Of a stretch of 64,000 bases of DNA, positions 21,494 to 34,641 are shown one piece after another. Every line of letters starts with the position of its first letter. Positions within the stretch are counted from its first letter, which is position 1. The DNA is from Rhodospirillaceae bacterium (GTDB lineage: Bacteria > Pseudomonadota > Alphaproteobacteria > CACIAM-22H2), in NCBI GenBank assembly GCA_022843945.1, contig JALHMR010000007.1, forward strand, positions 116,546 to 180,545, written 5' to 3'. The translations under genes and the position numbers were made by a program. The notes below the pieces were generated by a model. It saw nothing but the letters and a program-made list of their open reading frames with translations. It was not told where the DNA came from and ran no database searches.

Positions 21494-21919
21494 ATGCCGA
21501 TGGCCGAGGCGCCGGTCACCTATCGCGGCACGGTTTATCCGTGGCAGTGCGACCATATCGGGCACATGAACGTCATGTGGTACGTCGGCAAGTTCGACGA
21601 GGCCACCTGGAACCTGTTCACCGAGATCGGCCTGACGCCCTCCTATCTGCGCGAAGGAAAGAGCGGCATGGCCGCCGTGCAGCAGAACATCACCTACAAG
21701 CGCGAGCTGATGCCCGGCGACACCGTCATGGTGCGCACGCGGCTGCTCGAGGTGCGCGAGAAGGTCCTGCGCTACGTTCACGAGATGAGCCTCGTCGAGG
21801 GCGGCGAGCCGGTGGCGCTGTGCGAGCTCACCGTCGTGCACATGGATCGTGCGGCCCACAAATCCTCCGCCCTGCCGCCGGTCGTGGCCGAGCGCGCCCG
21901 CGCGCTGCTGGCCGCCTGA
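21494..21919 (+). CDS. Acyl-CoA thioesterase (4HBT-like hotdog)
   Basis: WQCDHIGHMNV motif. Confidence 0.85.
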   Translation: MPMAEAPVTYRGTVYPWQCDHIGHMNVMWYVGKFDEATWNLFTEIGLTPSYLREGKSGMAAVQQNITYKRELMPGDTVMVRTRLLEVREKVLRYVHEMSLVEGGEPVALCELTVVHMDRAAHKSSALPPVVAERARALLAA

Positions 21920-21926
21920 GGTCGCC

Positions 21927-22400
21927 ATGTCGCGCTTCACCCCGAAGAACCCGGATTTCGCCGCGCGCGTGCGCGACAGCTTCGACCGCCAGGGCGCCAT
22001 GGCGCATATCGGCGCCGAGATGACGCGCGTCGATCCCGGCGCCGTCGATATCGCCGTGACCTATCGTCCCGAGCTTGGCCAGCAGCACGGCTACTTCCAT
22101 GGCGGCATCGTCGGCATGATCGCGGATTCCGCCGGCGGTTATGCGGCCTTCAGTCTGATGCCGGCCGACGCGTCCGTTCTGACCGTCGAGTACAAGATCA
22201 ACCTGCTGGCGCCGTCGGACGGGACGCGCCTGGTCGCCAAGGGACGCGTCACCAAGCCCGGCCGCACGCTGAGCGTCTGCCATGTCGATGTCTTCGTCGA
22301 GCGTGACGGGCATGAGCATCTCTGCGCCACGCTCTTACAGACGCTGATGACCATGACCGGCAAGTCCGATGGCCTCGCTTCTGATAAAAAGAAATCGTGA
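21927..22400 (+). CDS. PaaI-family thioesterase
   Basis: QQHGYFHGG..ADSAGG, TVEYKINLL. Confidence 0.88.
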   Translation: MSRFTPKNPDFAARVRDSFDRQGAMAHIGAEMTRVDPGAVDIAVTYRPELGQQHGYFHGGIVGMIADSAGGYAAFSLMPADASVLTVEYKINLLAPSDGTRLVAKGRVTKPGRTLSVCHVDVFVERDGHEHLCATLLQTLMTMTGKSDGLASDKKKS

Positions 22401-23308
22401 CTCTGTCGCCTGCCGAGACGCGGCTGGCCTATGGCCTGCTGCTCCTCACGCCATTGCTGTTTTCCGCCAACGCGCTGACGGCGCGCTGGGTGGGGGATTC
22501 ATTGCCCCCCGTAGCCCTGGCTTTCTGGCGCTGGGCGCTGACCCTGGTCCTCCTATTCCCCTACGCAGGACGGGCCTTCTTCGCCGGCTGGCGCGAACTT
22601 CTGGCCGAGTGGCGCGTGCTCCTGTTGCTCGGTTTCCTGGGCATGGGGGTGTGCGGCGCTCCGGTCTACATGGGCGCCCGGACCACGACGGCCACCAATA
22701 TCGGCCTGATCTACGCCATAACGCCGATCTTCATCGTCGTCATTTCCTGGCTTGGCTGGCGGGAGACGGTGACGCGGCGGCAGGTCTTGGGCATCGTTCT
22801 GGCCTTGGCCGGGGTGCTGGCGATCATCGCCCGCGGCGATCCGCGTGTCCTCCTCACCCTCGATTTCGTGCCGGGCGATATCTTCATCCTCGTCGCCATG
22901 ATGGCCTGGGCACTCTACTCGGTCATCCTCAAGCATCGGCCGAGCCGCCAGCCCATGGCGGCGCGCTTCATCGGCATCGTCATCGCCGGCGTTCTGGTGA
23001 TGCTGCCGTTCTACGGCATCGAACTGGCGCTGGGCGAGCGCATGCCGCTCGACGGGCGCACGGTCGCCGTCGTGCTGATCCTGTCGCTGGTTTCGGGCAT
23101 CGGTGCGTTCCTGGCCTACGGCAAGCTGGTCGCCATGGTCGGCCCGCAGCGCACCGGCCTGCTTCTCTATATCGGCCCGGTCTACATCGCGGTCCTCGCT
23201 TGGCTGCTGCTGGGCGAGCGGCTCGAGGTCTTCCACTTCGCCGGTACGGCGCTGATCCTTGGAGGTATCGCGCTGGCCACGGTGGCGCCAAGGGCGGCCC
23301 GGGGCTAG
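22397..23308 (+). CDS. DMT/EamA transporter
   Basis: Hydrophobic repeats, LAFWRW, LLGE. Confidence 0.85.
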   Translation: MTLSPAETRLAYGLLLLTPLLFSANALTARWVGDSLPPVALAFWRWALTLVLLFPYAGRAFFAGWRELLAEWRVLLLLGFLGMGVCGAPVYMGARTTTATNIGLIYAITPIFIVVISWLGWRETVTRRQVLGIVLALAGVLAIIARGDPRVLLTLDFVPGDIFILVAMMAWALYSVILKHRPSRQPMAARFIGIVIAGVLVMLPFYGIELALGERMPLDGRTVAVVLILSLVSGIGAFLAYGKLVAMVGPQRTGLLLYIGPVYIAVLAWLLLGERLEVFHFAGTALILGGIALATVAPRAARG

Positions 23309-23354
23309 AGTTTCCGGCCGCGCCAAGAATAGAAGAACCCAGGGAGGCAACGGC

Positions 23355-24527
<1,173 letters not shown>

Positions 24528-24537
24528 GGAGAAGCCG

Positions 24538-24957
24538 ATGCTGCCCGAGGTCAACGACCTTTCGGTGCTGATGGCGGCGGTGGCAGCGTTCGCATTGGGC
24601 GGCGTCTGGTACTCGCCGCCGTTCTTCGGGCCCGCCTGGATGCGCGCCAACGGCTACTCGGCCGAGAAGATGGCCGAGATGCGCAAGGCCCGGCCACCGG
24701 CGCGCAGCCTGGCCATCACCTTCGTCAGCCAGTTCGTCATGGCCGTGGTTCTCGCCTACCTGATGCGCTGGACCGAGATCACCGGCGTCAAGCCCGGCGT
24801 GATGTTCGGCCTGCTGATCTGGGCCGGTTTCGCCGCAACCGTGGCGCTCATCGCCAATGTCTTTTCCGACCGGCCGTTCCAGGCCTTCATCATCGAATCC
24901 GGTTACCAGCTCTGCAGCATCACGCTGATGGCCGCCATCATCGGCGGCTGGCGCTAG
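24538..24957 (+). CDS. DUF1761-like membrane protein
   Basis: LGGVWYSPPFFGPAW motif, four TM helices. Confidence 0.7.
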   Translation: MLPEVNDLSVLMAAVAAFALGGVWYSPPFFGPAWMRANGYSAEKMAEMRKARPPARSLAITFVSQFVMAVVLAYLMRWTEITGVKPGVMFGLLIWAGFAATVALIANVFSDRPFQAFIIESGYQLCSITLMAAIIGGWR

Positions 24958-24969
24958 AGGAGACCCCGC

Positions 24970-25473
24970 ATGACTGCTTGGCACATCGCTCAGCTCAACG
25001 TTGCCCGCGCCGTGGCGCCGCTCGACAGCCCGGAGCTCGTGGACTTCATGGCGGCGCTCGACGGCGTCAACGCCCTGGCCGAGGCCTCGCCCGGCTTCGT
25101 CTGGCGCCTGAAGAGCGACAGCGGCAACGCCACGGACATCCAGGTCGAGGACGATCCCAAGTTCATCGTCAACATGTCGGTCTGGGACTCGGTCGAGGCG
25201 CTGTTCGAGTTCGTCTACCGCTCCGCCCATACCAGGGTCATGGTGCGGCGGCGCGAATGGTTCGAGAAGCCGGTGGAGGCCTTCCAGGTCCTGTGGTGGG
25301 TGCCGGCCGGCCACAACCCGACGATCGAGGAGGCGATGGCGCGGCTCCAGCATCTGCGCCAGCGCGGCGCTACGGCCTACGCCTTCACCTTCAAGGAACG
25401 CTATCCGGTCCCGTATGTGGGCGGAACGCCGACCGATATGAAACCAGAACCCTATTGCGTGGGCTGGGCCTGA
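24970..25473 (+). CDS. DUF3291-like protein
   Basis: [33 protein letters not shown]. Confidence 0.8.
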   Translation: MTAWHIAQLNVARAVAPLDSPELVDFMAALDGVNALAEASPGFVWRLKSDSGNATDIQVEDDPKFIVNMSVWDSVEALFEFVYRSAHTRVMVRRREWFEKPVEAFQVLWWVPAGHNPTIEEAMARLQHLRQRGATAYAFTFKERYPVPYVGGTPTDMKPEPYCVGWA

Positions 25474-25477
25474 TCGC

Positions 25478-26617
25478 ATGCAGTTCACCGAAACGCAGAC
25501 CATGATCCGCGAGGCCGCGCGCGAGTTCGCGCAAGGCAGCCTGGCGCCCAACGCCGCCGAGTGGGACCGCAACTCGACCTTTCCCAAGGAGGCGCTGGCC
25601 GAGATGGGCAAGCTCGGCTTCATGGGCATGCAGGTGCCCGAGGAATGGGGCGGGGCGGGGGTCGATCACGTCGCCTATGCCCTGGCCGTGGAGGAGATCG
25701 CGGCCGGCGACGCCTCGACCTCGACCATCATGAGCGTGCACAACTCGGTCGTCTGCATGCCGTTGCTGAAGTACGGCACGCAGGAGCAGAAGGAGAAGTT
25801 CCTGCGCCCGCTGGCCAAGGGCGAGCTGCTCGGCTGTTTCTGCCTGACCGAGCCGCAGGCCGGCTCCGACGCTTCCTCGCTCAAGACCAGGGCGAAGCGC
25901 GACGGCAACCACTGGGTGCTCAACGGCACCAAGCAGTTCATCACCTCGGGCAGCACGGCCGACCTCGCCATCGTCTTCGCGGTCACCGATCCGGCCAAGG
26001 GCAAGAAGGGCATCTCGGCCTTTCTCGTGCCCACGAAGAAGGTCGAGGGCTGGAAGGTGGCGCGGGTCGAGGAGAAGCTCGGCCTGCACGCCTCCGATAC
26101 CTGCCAGATCGTCATGGACGACATGCGCCTGACTCCCGACCTGATGCTCGGCGAGGAAGGCCAGGGCTACCGCATCGCGCTGGGCAATCTCGAGGGTGGG
26201 CGCATCGGCATCGCCGCGCAGGCCGTGGGCATGGCGCGCGCGGCCTACGAAGCGGCGGTCGCCTATGCCAAGGACCGCGAGAGCTTCGGCAAGAAGATCA
26301 TCGAGCACCAGGCCATCGCCTTCAAGCTGGCGGACATGGCGACCCAGATCGAGGCGGCGCGCCTGCTGGTGCTCAACGCCGCGGCCAAGCGCGACGCCGG
26401 CGAGCCCTGCCTGACCGAGGCGGCGATGGCCAAGCTCTTCGCCTCGGAGATGGCGGAGAAAGTGTGCTCCGACGCCATCCAGATCCATGGCGGCTACGGC
26501 TACCTCAACGACTTCCCGGTGGAGCGCATCTATCGCGACGCGCGCATCACCCAGATCTACGAAGGCACCTCCGACATCCAGCGGCTGGTGATCAGCCGCG
26601 CCATCGCCGGAGGCTGA
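25478..26617 (+). CDS. Short/branched-chain acyl-CoA dehydrogenase
   Basis: [32 protein letters not shown]. Confidence 0.92.
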   Translation: MQFTETQTMIREAAREFAQGSLAPNAAEWDRNSTFPKEALAEMGKLGFMGMQVPEEWGGAGVDHVAYALAVEEIAAGDASTSTIMSVHNSVVCMPLLKYGTQEQKEKFLRPLAKGELLGCFCLTEPQAGSDASSLKTRAKRDGNHWVLNGTKQFITSGSTADLAIVFAVTDPAKGKKGISAFLVPTKKVEGWKVARVEEKLGLHASDTCQIVMDDMRLTPDLMLGEEGQGYRIALGNLEGGRIGIAAQAVGMARAAYEAAVAYAKDRESFGKKIIEHQAIAFKLADMATQIEAARLLVLNAAAKRDAGEPCLTEAAMAKLFASEMAEKVCSDAIQIHGGYGYLNDFPVERIYRDARITQIYEGTSDIQRLVISRAIAGG

Positions 26618-26618
26618 C

Positions 26619-27221
26619 GTGGCGGCGCCCATCGACTTCTACTTCGACTTCTCCAGCCCTTACGGCTATTTCGCCTCGCTCAAGATCGACGAGATCGCCA
26701 GGCGCCACGAGCGCGCCGTCACCTGGCGGCCCTACCTGCTGGGCGCGGTGTTCAAGATCACCAAGATGCAGCCGCTGCTCGACTACCCGATCAAGGGCGA
26801 CTACATGAAGCGCGACTGGCAGCGCACCGCCCGCCTGCAGAACGCCAGATGGAAGATGCCGGAGATGTTCCCCTTCGCGGCGATCAATGCCAGCCGCGTG
26901 GTCTACTGGCTGAACGACAAGGATCCGGCGCTCGGCCGCAAGTTCGCGCAGGCCGCCTATCACCAGGCCTTCGGCGAGGGCCGCGACATCGTCTCGGTCA
27001 ACGCCGTGGCCGCCGTCGCCGAGGGGCTGGGCGTGCCGCAGGGCGACACCCTGGCGGCGATCAACGATCCGGCAGTCAAGGAGCGCCTGCGCAAAGAGGT
27101 GGACGCCGGCATCGAGCGCGGCGTCTTCGGCTCGCCCTTCGTCATCGTCGACGGCGAGCCGTTCTGGGGGGCCGACCGGCTCGACCAGGTCGATGGCTGG
27201 CTGGCCACGGGCGGCTGGTGA
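26619..27221 (+). CDS. 2-hydroxychromene-2-carboxylate isomerase / GST-kappa family
   Basis: FYFDFSSPYGY, GVFGSPF, FWGADR. Confidence 0.85.
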   Translation: MAAPIDFYFDFSSPYGYFASLKIDEIARRHERAVTWRPYLLGAVFKITKMQPLLDYPIKGDYMKRDWQRTARLQNARWKMPEMFPFAAINASRVVYWLNDKDPALGRKFAQAAYHQAFGEGRDIVSVNAVAAVAEGLGVPQGDTLAAINDPAVKERLRKEVDAGIERGVFGSPFVIVDGEPFWGADRLDQVDGWLATGGW

Positions 27222-27225
27222 TCCG

Positions 27226-27630
27226 ATGGCCCTGACCAAGACGCACAAGCAGCTGGTCGACGAGGCGATGGCCGTGATCGAGACCGTGCCGGTCGCCGAG
27301 GCGATCAGGCTGCACACCGATCCCAACACCGTCTTCGTCGACATCCGCGATCCGCGCGAGCTCGAGCGCGAGGGCATGATCCCGGGCGCCGTCCATGTGA
27401 CGCGCGGCATGCTCGAATTCTGGATCGACCCGACCAGCCCGTATTACCGGGAGGTCTTCGGCTCCGGTAAGCGCTTCCTCTTCTACTGTCAGTCGGCCTG
27501 GCGCTCGGCGCTGGCCACCCATACCGTGCAGGGGATGGGCCTCAAGCCGGTGGCCCAGCTCGAAGGCGGGCTCAAGGCCTGGAAAGAGGCGGGTGGGCCG
27601 ATCGCCACTTACGCGCCCAAGGCAAAATGA
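27226..27630 (+). CDS. Rhodanese-like protein
   Basis: [25 protein letters not shown]. Confidence 0.88.
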   Translation: MALTKTHKQLVDEAMAVIETVPVAEAIRLHTDPNTVFVDIRDPRELEREGMIPGAVHVTRGMLEFWIDPTSPYYREVFGSGKRFLFYCQSAWRSALATHTVQGMGLKPVAQLEGGLKAWKEAGGPIATYAPKAK

Positions 27631-29234
27631 CCGTGTTCAAATCCGCCATCGACACACAGGACGAAGGCTTCCGCGCCAATGCCGAGGCGATGCAGGCGCT
27701 GGTGGCGGACCTGCGCACCAAGCTCGGCGCCATCAAGCAGGGCGGTGGCCAGGCGGCGAGCGACAAACACACCGCGCGCGGAAAGCTGCTGCCGCGCGAG
27801 CGCATCCGCCTGCTGCTCGATGTGGGTTCTCCTTTTCTCGAGCTGTCGCAGTTCGCCGCCTACGGCATGTATGGCGGCGATATCTCGGCGGCCGGCATCA
27901 TCACGGGTATCGGCCGTATCGAGGGCCGCGAATGCGTGGTCGTGTGCAACGACGCCACGGTCAAGGGCGGCACCTACTTCCCGATGACCGTGAAGAAGCA
28001 TGTGCGCGCCCAGGAGATCGCCCGGCAGAACAACCTGCCGTGCGTCTACCTGGTGGATTCGGGCGGCGCCAACCTGCCCAATCAGGACGACGTCTTCCCC
28101 GACCGTGACCATTTCGGCCGCATCTTCTACAACCAGGCCACGATGTCGGCGGCCGGCATCCCGCAGATCGCCGTGGTCATGGGCTCGTGCACGGCGGGCG
28201 GTGCCTATGTCCCGGCGATGTCGGACGAGGCGATCATCGTCAAGAACCAGGGCACGATCTTTCTCGCCGGCCCGCCGCTGGTGAAGGCGGCGACGGGCGA
28301 GGTGGTATCAGCCGAGGAGCTGGGCGGGGCCGACGTGCACGCCCGCGTCTCCGGCGTGGTCGACCACTACGCCCTCAACGATGCGCACGCGCTGGCCCTG
28401 GCCCGGCGCATCGTGGCCCGTACCAACCGCACCAAGACTGTCTCGCTCGACGTCGCGCCGCCAGTCGAGCCGCGCTATGACGCCTCCGAGATCTACGGCG
28501 TGGTGCCGACCGACGTGCGCAAGCCCTACGACGTGCGCGAGATCATTGCCCGTGTCGTCGACGGCAGCGAACTGGATGAGTTCAAGCCGCTCTATGGCAC
28601 CACCCTGGTCACCGGCTTTGCCCGCATCTGGGGCTACCCGGTGGGCATCGTCGCCAATAACGGCATCCTGTTCTCTGAGTCGGCGCTCAAGGGCGCGCAT
28701 TTCATCGAGCTCTGCGCCCAGCGCAACATCCCCCTGGTCTTTCTGCAGAACATCTCCGGCTTCATGGTCGGCAAGAAATACGAATCCGGCGGCATCGCCC
28801 GCGACGGCGCCAAGATGGTCACTGCCGTGTCCTGTGCCAACGTGCCGAAGTTCACGGTGATCATCGGCGGCAGCTTCGGCGCCGGCAATTACGGCATGTG
28901 CGGTCGCGCCTTCAACCCGCGCTTCCTGTGGATGTGGCCCAATGCCCGCATCTCGGTGATGGGCGGCGAGCAGGCGGCGAGCGTGCTGGCCACCGTGCGC
29001 CGCGACAATATCGAAGCCTCGGGCAAGTCCTGGTCCAAGGAGGACGAGGAGAAGTTCAAGCAGCCGCTGCGCGACCAGTACGAAACACAAGGCCATCCCT
29101 ATTACGCCTCGGCCCGGCTGTGGGACGACGGCATCATCGATCCGGCCGAGACGCGCATGGTGCTCGGCCTCGGCCTGTCGACCTCGCTCAACGCGCCGAT
29201 CGAGCCGACGAGGTTCGGCGTGTTCCGGATGTAG
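27627..29234 (+). CDS. liuB: 3-methylcrotonyl-CoA carboxylase beta subunit
   Basis: [37 protein letters not shown]. Confidence 0.95.
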   Translation: MTVFKSAIDTQDEGFRANAEAMQALVADLRTKLGAIKQGGGQAASDKHTARGKLLPRERIRLLLDVGSPFLELSQFAAYGMYGGDISAAGIITGIGRIEGRECVVVCNDATVKGGTYFPMTVKKHVRAQEIARQNNLPCVYLVDSGGANLPNQDDVFPDRDHFGRIFYNQATMSAAGIPQIAVVMGSCTAGGAYVPAMSDEAIIVKNQGTIFLAGPPLVKAATGEVVSAEELGGADVHARVSGVVDHYALNDAHALALARRIVARTNRTKTVSLDVAPPVEPRYDASEIYGVVPTDVRKPYDVREIIARVVDGSELDEFKPLYGTTLVTGFARIWGYPVGIVANNGILFSESALKGAHFIELCAQRNIPLVFLQNISGFMVGKKYESGGIARDGAKMVTAVSCANVPKFTVIIGGSFGAGNYGMCGRAFNPRFLWMWPNARISVMGGEQAASVLATVRRDNIEASGKSWSKEDEEKFKQPLRDQYETQGHPYYASARLWDDGIIDPAETRMVLGLGLSTSLNAPIEPTRFGVFRM

Positions 29235-29236
29235 CC

Positions 29237-30025
29237 ATGGCCATCATCGAAACCGAGATCGACGGGCGCGGGGCGCTGACCGTCTGGCTCAACCGGCCGG
29301 AGGTGCACAACGCCTTCGATGACACTCTGATCGCCACCCTCACGGAGACTCTGCGCAAGGCCGAGGCCGACTCACAGACGCGCGTGGTGGTTCTGGCGGG
29401 GCGGGGGCCGAGCTTCTCGGCTGGGGCCGATCTCGGTTGGATGAAGCGCATGGCCACCTATACGGAAGCCGAGAACCGGCGCGACGCCGAAGCTCTGGCC
29501 GAGCTGCTGCGCACCCTCAATTTCATGCCCAAGCCGACGATCGCCGCCGTGCAGGGCAACGCCTATGGCGGCGGGGTGGGGCTCGTCGCCTGCTGCGACA
29601 TCGTGGTGGCTTACGAGCAGGCCAACTTCGCCCTGACCGAGGTCAAGCTCGGCCTCATCCCGGCGACCATCGGGCCTTACGTGGTCTCCGCCATCGGCGA
29701 ACGCCAAGCGCGCCGCCTGTTCCTCACCGGCGAAGCCTTCAGCGCCCTTGAAGCGCACCGCCTGGGCCTGGTCCACCGGCTGTGCACGCGGCTGCGCGAT
29801 GATCTGGTCATCACTGTGTCGCAGATCATCGACGCGCTGGTCGCCGCCGGACCTGGCGCGCAGGCGGCGGCCAAGGCGCTGATCTGGCGGGTCGGCCGCG
29901 GCCCGGTGGACGCCGAGATGATCGCCGACACGGCGCGGCGCATCGCCGAGATCCGCGTCACGCCGGAGGGCCGCGAAGGCATCGGCGCCTTTCTCGAGAA
30001 GCGCAAACCCAAGTGGCGAGGGTGA
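29237..30025 (+). CDS. liuC: Methylglutaconyl-CoA hydratase (enoyl-CoA hydratase family)
   Basis: LNRPEVHNAF, FSAGADL, TEVKLGLIPATI; lies between the MCC subunits. Confidence 0.85.
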   Translation: MAIIETEIDGRGALTVWLNRPEVHNAFDDTLIATLTETLRKAEADSQTRVVVLAGRGPSFSAGADLGWMKRMATYTEAENRRDAEALAELLRTLNFMPKPTIAAVQGNAYGGGVGLVACCDIVVAYEQANFALTEVKLGLIPATIGPYVVSAIGERQARRLFLTGEAFSALEAHRLGLVHRLCTRLRDDLVITVSQIIDALVAAGPGAQAAAKALIWRVGRGPVDAEMIADTARRIAEIRVTPEGREGIGAFLEKRKPKWRG

Positions 30026-30032
30026 GGCGCGG

Positions 30033-32036
30033 ATGATCGCCAAGCTGCTCATCGCCAATCGTGGCGAGATCGCCTGCCGGGTGATACGCACGGCTCGGCG
30101 GCTCGGCATCCGCACGGTTGCCGTCTACTCGGATGCCGACGCCAGGGCACGTCACGTGGCGATGGCCGACGAGGCCTTTCGCATCGGCCCGGCGCCGGCC
30201 CGCGACAGCTACCTCAAGGTCGATGCCATCCTCGAGGCTGCGAAGAAGAGCGGCGCCGATGCCATCCACCCCGGCTACGGCTTCCTCTCGGAGAACGCCG
30301 AGTTCGCCGAGGCCTGCGCCAGGGCGGGCGTCATCTTCGTCGGCCCGCCGCCCTCGGCCATCCGCGCCATGGGCGGCAAGAGTGCCGCCAAGGCCCTCAT
30401 GGAGAAGGCCGGCGTGCCGGTGGTGCCGGGCTATCACGGGAAGGACCAGGGTATCGCGCTCTTCGCCGAGGCGGCGCGCAAGATCGGCTATCCGGTGCTG
30501 GTGAAGGCCTCGGCCGGCGGTGGCGGCAAGGGCATGCGTATCGTCGAGACGGAGATGGCCCTGCACGATGCGATCGAAAGCGCGCGGCGCGAGGCGAAGT
30601 CGAGTTTCGGCGACGACACGCTGCTGATCGAGAAATACCTGACCCAGCCGCGGCATATCGAGATCCAGGTCTTCGCCGACAGCCACGACAACGCCGTCTA
30701 TCTCTTCGAGCGCGACTGCTCGGTGCAGCGCCGCCACCAGAAGGTGATCGAGGAAGCGCCGGCTCCCGGCATGACCGTCGCGCGCCGCAAGGCGATGGGC
30801 GAGGCGGCGGTGAAGGCCGCCCGCGCCGTCGGCTATCGCGGGGCGGGCACGGTCGAGTTCATCGCGGCGCCTGACGGCGCCTTCTACTTTATGGAGATGA
30901 ATACCCGCCTCCAGGTCGAGCACCCGGTGACCGAGATGATCACCGGGCAGGACCTGGTGGAATGGCAGCTCATCGTGGCCAATGGTGGCGCCCTGCCCAA
31001 GAAGCAGAACGAGCTGCGCATCGACGGCCATGCCTTCGAGGTGCGGCTCTATGCCGAGGATCCGATACGCGATTTCCTGCCAGCGACCGGCACGCTGCAT
31101 CACCTGCTCTTTCCGGAGGAAGGCTCGCATGTGCGTGTCGATACCGGCATCCGGGCCGGCGACGCGGTCAGCATCCATTACGACCCGATGATCGCCAAGC
31201 TGATCGTCTGGGATAGCGACCGCGAGGCGGCGCGGCGGAGGCTCGTGGCGGCGCTGGCCGAGACCGAGATCGCCGGCCTGGTGACCAACCGGGCGTTCCT
31301 GGCGGCGCTGGCCGCGCATCCGGCCTTCGCCGCCGGCGAGGTCGATACCGGATTCATCGCCCGTCATCGCGCGGCGCTGATACCGGCGGCGGTGCGGGTA
31401 CCCGACGAAGGGCTGGCGCTGGCGGTGCTTGGCTTCATGCTGCAGCGCCAGGCCGAGGCGGCGGCGGCGGGTCAGCGCGCTTCTGATCCTTACAGCCCCT
31501 GGCACCAGGCGAGCGGCTGGCGGCTCAACGACGACGCGCATCATGTGCTGCGCTTGCGCGATCCCGTCGCTGGCGAGATCGCCGTCACGGCGCATTTCCG
31601 GCCGGATGGTTTCCTCATCGACCTGCCCGGCGGATCGCTCACGGTCCGCGGCACGCTGCGCCATGGCGTGATCGAGGCGGACCTTGGCGAGGGCAAGGCC
31701 AGGGCGGCTTTCCTGCGCCGTGGCGACGAGCTCACCGTCATCGCCGACGGGCGCAACCATACGCTTGGCCTCGTCAATCCGCTGGCCGAGGCGGGCGACA
31801 GCGCCGCCGACGCGGGCCGCCTGACGGCACCGATGCCCGGCAAGATCGTGGCACTGCGCGTCATCAATGGCGCGTCGGTCAAGCGCGGCGCGCCCCTGCT
31901 CGTGCTCGAGGCGATGAAGATGGAGCACACCATCGCCGCCCCGGCCGACGGTATCGTGGAGCGCCTGCGTTACAAGGTCGGCGACCAGGTCGATGAAGGA
32001 GCCGAACTGGTCGTGTTCAAGCCGGCGAAGATCTGA
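30033..32036 (+). CDS. liuD: 3-methylcrotonyl-CoA carboxylase alpha subunit
   Basis: [33 protein letters not shown]. Confidence 0.92.
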   Translation: MIAKLLIANRGEIACRVIRTARRLGIRTVAVYSDADARARHVAMADEAFRIGPAPARDSYLKVDAILEAAKKSGADAIHPGYGFLSENAEFAEACARAGVIFVGPPPSAIRAMGGKSAAKALMEKAGVPVVPGYHGKDQGIALFAEAARKIGYPVLVKASAGGGGKGMRIVETEMALHDAIESARREAKSSFGDDTLLIEKYLTQPRHIEIQVFADSHDNAVYLFERDCSVQRRHQKVIEEAPAPGMTVARRKAMGEAAVKAARAVGYRGAGTVEFIAAPDGAFYFMEMNTRLQVEHPVTEMITGQDLVEWQLIVANGGALPKKQNELRIDGHAFEVRLYAEDPIRDFLPATGTLHHLLFPEEGSHVRVDTGIRAGDAVSIHYDPMIAKLIVWDSDREAARRRLVAALAETEIAGLVTNRAFLAALAAHPAFAAGEVDTGFIARHRAALIPAAVRVPDEGLALAVLGFMLQRQAEAAAAGQRASDPYSPWHQASGWRLNDDAHHVLRLRDPVAGEIAVTAHFRPDGFLIDLPGGSLTVRGTLRHGVIEADLGEGKARAAFLRRGDELTVIADGRNHTLGLVNPLAEAGDSAADAGRLTAPMPGKIVALRVINGASVKRGAPLLVLEAMKMEHTIAAPADGIVERLRYKVGDQVDEGAELVVFKPAKI

Positions 32037-32037
32037 G

Positions 32038-32949
32038 ATGGCCTATCCCAAATCCGTGCGCATGGTCGAGGTCGGCCCGCGCGACGGCCTGCAGAACGAG
32101 GCCAAGACCGTGCCGACCGCGGTCAAGGTTCAGCTCATCGAATCGCTGGCCGATGCGGGCCTGACCGCCATCGAAGCCGGCGCCTTCGTTTCGCCGAAGT
32201 GGGTGCCGCAGATGGCCGACACCGCTTCCGTGCTCGCCGGGATCAAGCGCCGGCCAGGCATTCGCTACCCGGTGCTTGTTCCCAACATGAAGGGCTTCGA
32301 GGCGGCCGTGGCGTCCGGCTGCGACGAGATCGCCATCTTCGGCGCGGCGTCGGAGACGTTCTCCCAGAAGAACATCAACTGTTCCATCGCCGAGAGCCTG
32401 GAACGTTTCACGCCGGTGGTGGAAGCGGCGAAGAAAGCCGGCATCCGGGTGCGCGGCTATATCTCCTGCGTGCTCGGCTGTCCCTACGAGGGTGACGTCC
32501 CGCCGGCGGCGGTCGCCACCGTCGCGGCGAAGCTCCTGGCGATGGGCTGCTACGAGATTTCCTTGGGCGATACTATCGGTGTTGGCACGCCGGCAAAGGC
32601 AGTGGCAATGATCGAGGCCGTAGCCGAAGTCGTGCCCCGCGAACAGCTCGCGGTGCATTTCCACGATACTTATGGACAAGCCCTGGCGAACATCCTGGCC
32701 TGTCTGCAGCACGGGATTTCGGTGGTGGATTCCTCGGTGGCGGGACTCGGCGGCTGCCCCTATGCCCGTGGCGCGTCCGGTAACGTGGCCTCCGAGGACG
32801 TGCTTTACCTATTGAATGGGTTAGGTATTTCGACCGGGGTGAATTTAGACAAACTTGCTGACTCCGGGGGGTTAATTTGCGATTATCTCGGCCGTTCGCC
32901 GGCCTCCAAGGTCGCGCAGGCGCTTCTTGGGCGGCGAAAGCAGTCCTGA
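32038..32949 (+). CDS. liuE: Hydroxymethylglutaryl-CoA lyase
   Basis: [26 protein letters not shown]. Confidence 0.95.
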   Translation: MAYPKSVRMVEVGPRDGLQNEAKTVPTAVKVQLIESLADAGLTAIEAGAFVSPKWVPQMADTASVLAGIKRRPGIRYPVLVPNMKGFEAAVASGCDEIAIFGAASETFSQKNINCSIAESLERFTPVVEAAKKAGIRVRGYISCVLGCPYEGDVPPAAVATVAAKLLAMGCYEISLGDTIGVGTPAKAVAMIEAVAEVVPREQLAVHFHDTYGQALANILACLQHGISVVDSSVAGLGGCPYARGASGNVASEDVLYLLNGLGISTGVNLDKLADSGGLICDYLGRSPASKVAQALLGRRKQS

Positions 32950-33084
32950 CCAGTCCGGCCGATAGACCGGATGTGAGAAGCGGGGCGCGAGCCGGACTAA
33001 AGGCGGTGAACGAGGGGTATACGAGGGGGTAGGGCGTCTTCCTGACGCCCGATTTGGAGCGCGGCACGGCGCGGCGGCACCTGC

Positions 33085-33612
33085 ATGGGCTACAACCTAT
33101 CGAAACTGCGCGTCCTGATCGTCGACGACAGCAAGAACATGCGTATGCTGGTCAAGACGATCCTGAGCGCGCTTGGCGTCCAGGTCGTGCGCGAGGCGCC
33201 CGATGGCCAGGCCGCCATCAACGAACTGCGCTCCGGGCCGATCGACATTGCCATCGTCGACTGGGTCATGGAGCCGATGGACGGCCTCGAATTCGTGCGC
33301 CAGGTGCGCACCGGCGAGGACAGCCCGAGCCCCTTCCTGCCGATCATCATGATGACCGGCCACACCGAGAAACATCGCATCGTCAAGGCGCGTGACTCCG
33401 GTGTCACCGAGTTCCTGGCCAAACCGATCACGGCCAAGACACTGCTTGTGCGACTGACCAACATCATTGAGCATCCGCGACCCTTCGTCCGCGCCAAGGG
33501 CTATTTCGGTCCCGACCGGCGGCGACGGAGCGAGGATTACGGCGGGCCCGAGCGGCGCGGCACGAGCAAGGAAGGCGCCGCGGTGAAGGATGCCAAGCCG
33601 GTTCAGGCATAA
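33085..33612 (+). CDS. CheY-like response regulator with arginine-rich C-terminal region (Cle-like)
   Basis: REC domain (VDD, DWVMEPMDG, KP) followed by PRPFVRAKGYFGPDRRRR. Confidence 0.85.
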   Translation: MGYNLSKLRVLIVDDSKNMRMLVKTILSALGVQVVREAPDGQAAINELRSGPIDIAIVDWVMEPMDGLEFVRQVRTGEDSPSPFLPIIMMTGHTEKHRIVKARDSGVTEFLAKPITAKTLLVRLTNIIEHPRPFVRAKGYFGPDRRRRSEDYGGPERRGTSKEGAAVKDAKPVQA

Positions 33613-33633
33613 CCGGCGTTTGGAGACAAGGCG

Positions 33634-34122
33634 ATGACCGAAGAGACAAAAGTACAGATCATCAACCCGCCGAACCGGCTCAAGTCCGTGGTCGACGATG
33701 GCCGTTCGACGAAAGGCGTCGACCCGAACCTGCTCGCCAAGGCCGAGAAGGCCATGGAGGACATGAAGCCGCAGGTCGAGGCGCATATGCGCAGCGAAGT
33801 GGCGAAGCTGGCGGAATTGATGGGCAAGGTGGCGGCGAGCGCCGGCCAGGACCGTGCGCTGCTCAGCGAGATGTACCGCGCGGCCTTCGAGCTCAAGGGG
33901 CAGGGGACGAGCGCCGGCTACGGCATGCTCACCCGCTTCGGCGATTCACTGTGCCGCTATATCGAGGCGCAGCAGAATATGGGCGCCAAGGAAGTGTCGA
34001 TCGTCAAAGCCCATGTCGATTCCATCTCGGCGATCATGGGCCGCAGCATCAAGGGCGATACGAATCCTATCGGTCTCGCCATCGCCGCCGAGCTTGAGAA
34101 GGTCGTCGGCCGCCCGATGTGA
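33634..34122 (+). CDS. Hpt-like / CheE-like protein
   Basis: PPNRLK start, AAFELKGQG..GY Hpt-like helix, AHVDSI. Confidence 0.6.
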   Translation: MTEETKVQIINPPNRLKSVVDDGRSTKGVDPNLLAKAEKAMEDMKPQVEAHMRSEVAKLAELMGKVAASAGQDRALLSEMYRAAFELKGQGTSAGYGMLTRFGDSLCRYIEAQQNMGAKEVSIVKAHVDSISAIMGRSIKGDTNPIGLAIAAELEKVVGRPM

Positions 34123-34200
34123 TCCGTCGCGTTTGCGCTAGATTGGGGCGGCGGTATCACCGCCGCCCTTTGTGTTTATCCCTTCTGAGTAACCAAAGCC

Positions 34201-34641
34201 GTGGCTGCCATCGTTCATATCCTCAAGCTCTGCGTCGGTGTCTCGGAGCCGGATGAGCTCGCCGCCTGGCAGAAGAAGCGTTGGAACGACGCCAAGAAGG
34301 CGGGGCGCAAGCCCGAGTGCCGGCACATCACCCGCAACACGCCCAAGCGCGCCGCCGAGATCGTCGAAGGCGGCTCACTCTACTGGGTGATCAAGGGCGT
34401 GATCCGCGTGCGCCAGCGCATCATCGACGTGAAGCCCGTCGTCCACGAGGGCGAGCCGCGTTGCAAGCTGGTGCTCGACCGTAAGCTGGTGCGCGTCATG
34501 CCGCGGCCAATGCGCGCCTTCCAGGGTTGGCGCTACCTCGAAGCCACCAGTGCGCCGCCGGATCTCGACCAGCTCGGCAAGGGGGCGGCGAACATGCCGC
34601 CCAAGATGGTCGAGGAGTTGCGCGAGCTCGGATTGCTCTGA
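34201..34641 (+). CDS. DUF1489-like protein
   Basis: HILKLCVG, GGSLYWVIKG, FQGWRYL, ELRELGLL. Confidence 0.85.
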   Translation: MAAIVHILKLCVGVSEPDELAAWQKKRWNDAKKAGRKPECRHITRNTPKRAAEIVEGGSLYWVIKGVIRVRQRIIDVKPVVHEGEPRCKLVLDRKLVRVMPRPMRAFQGWRYLEATSAPPDLDQLGKGAANMPPKMVEELRELGLL

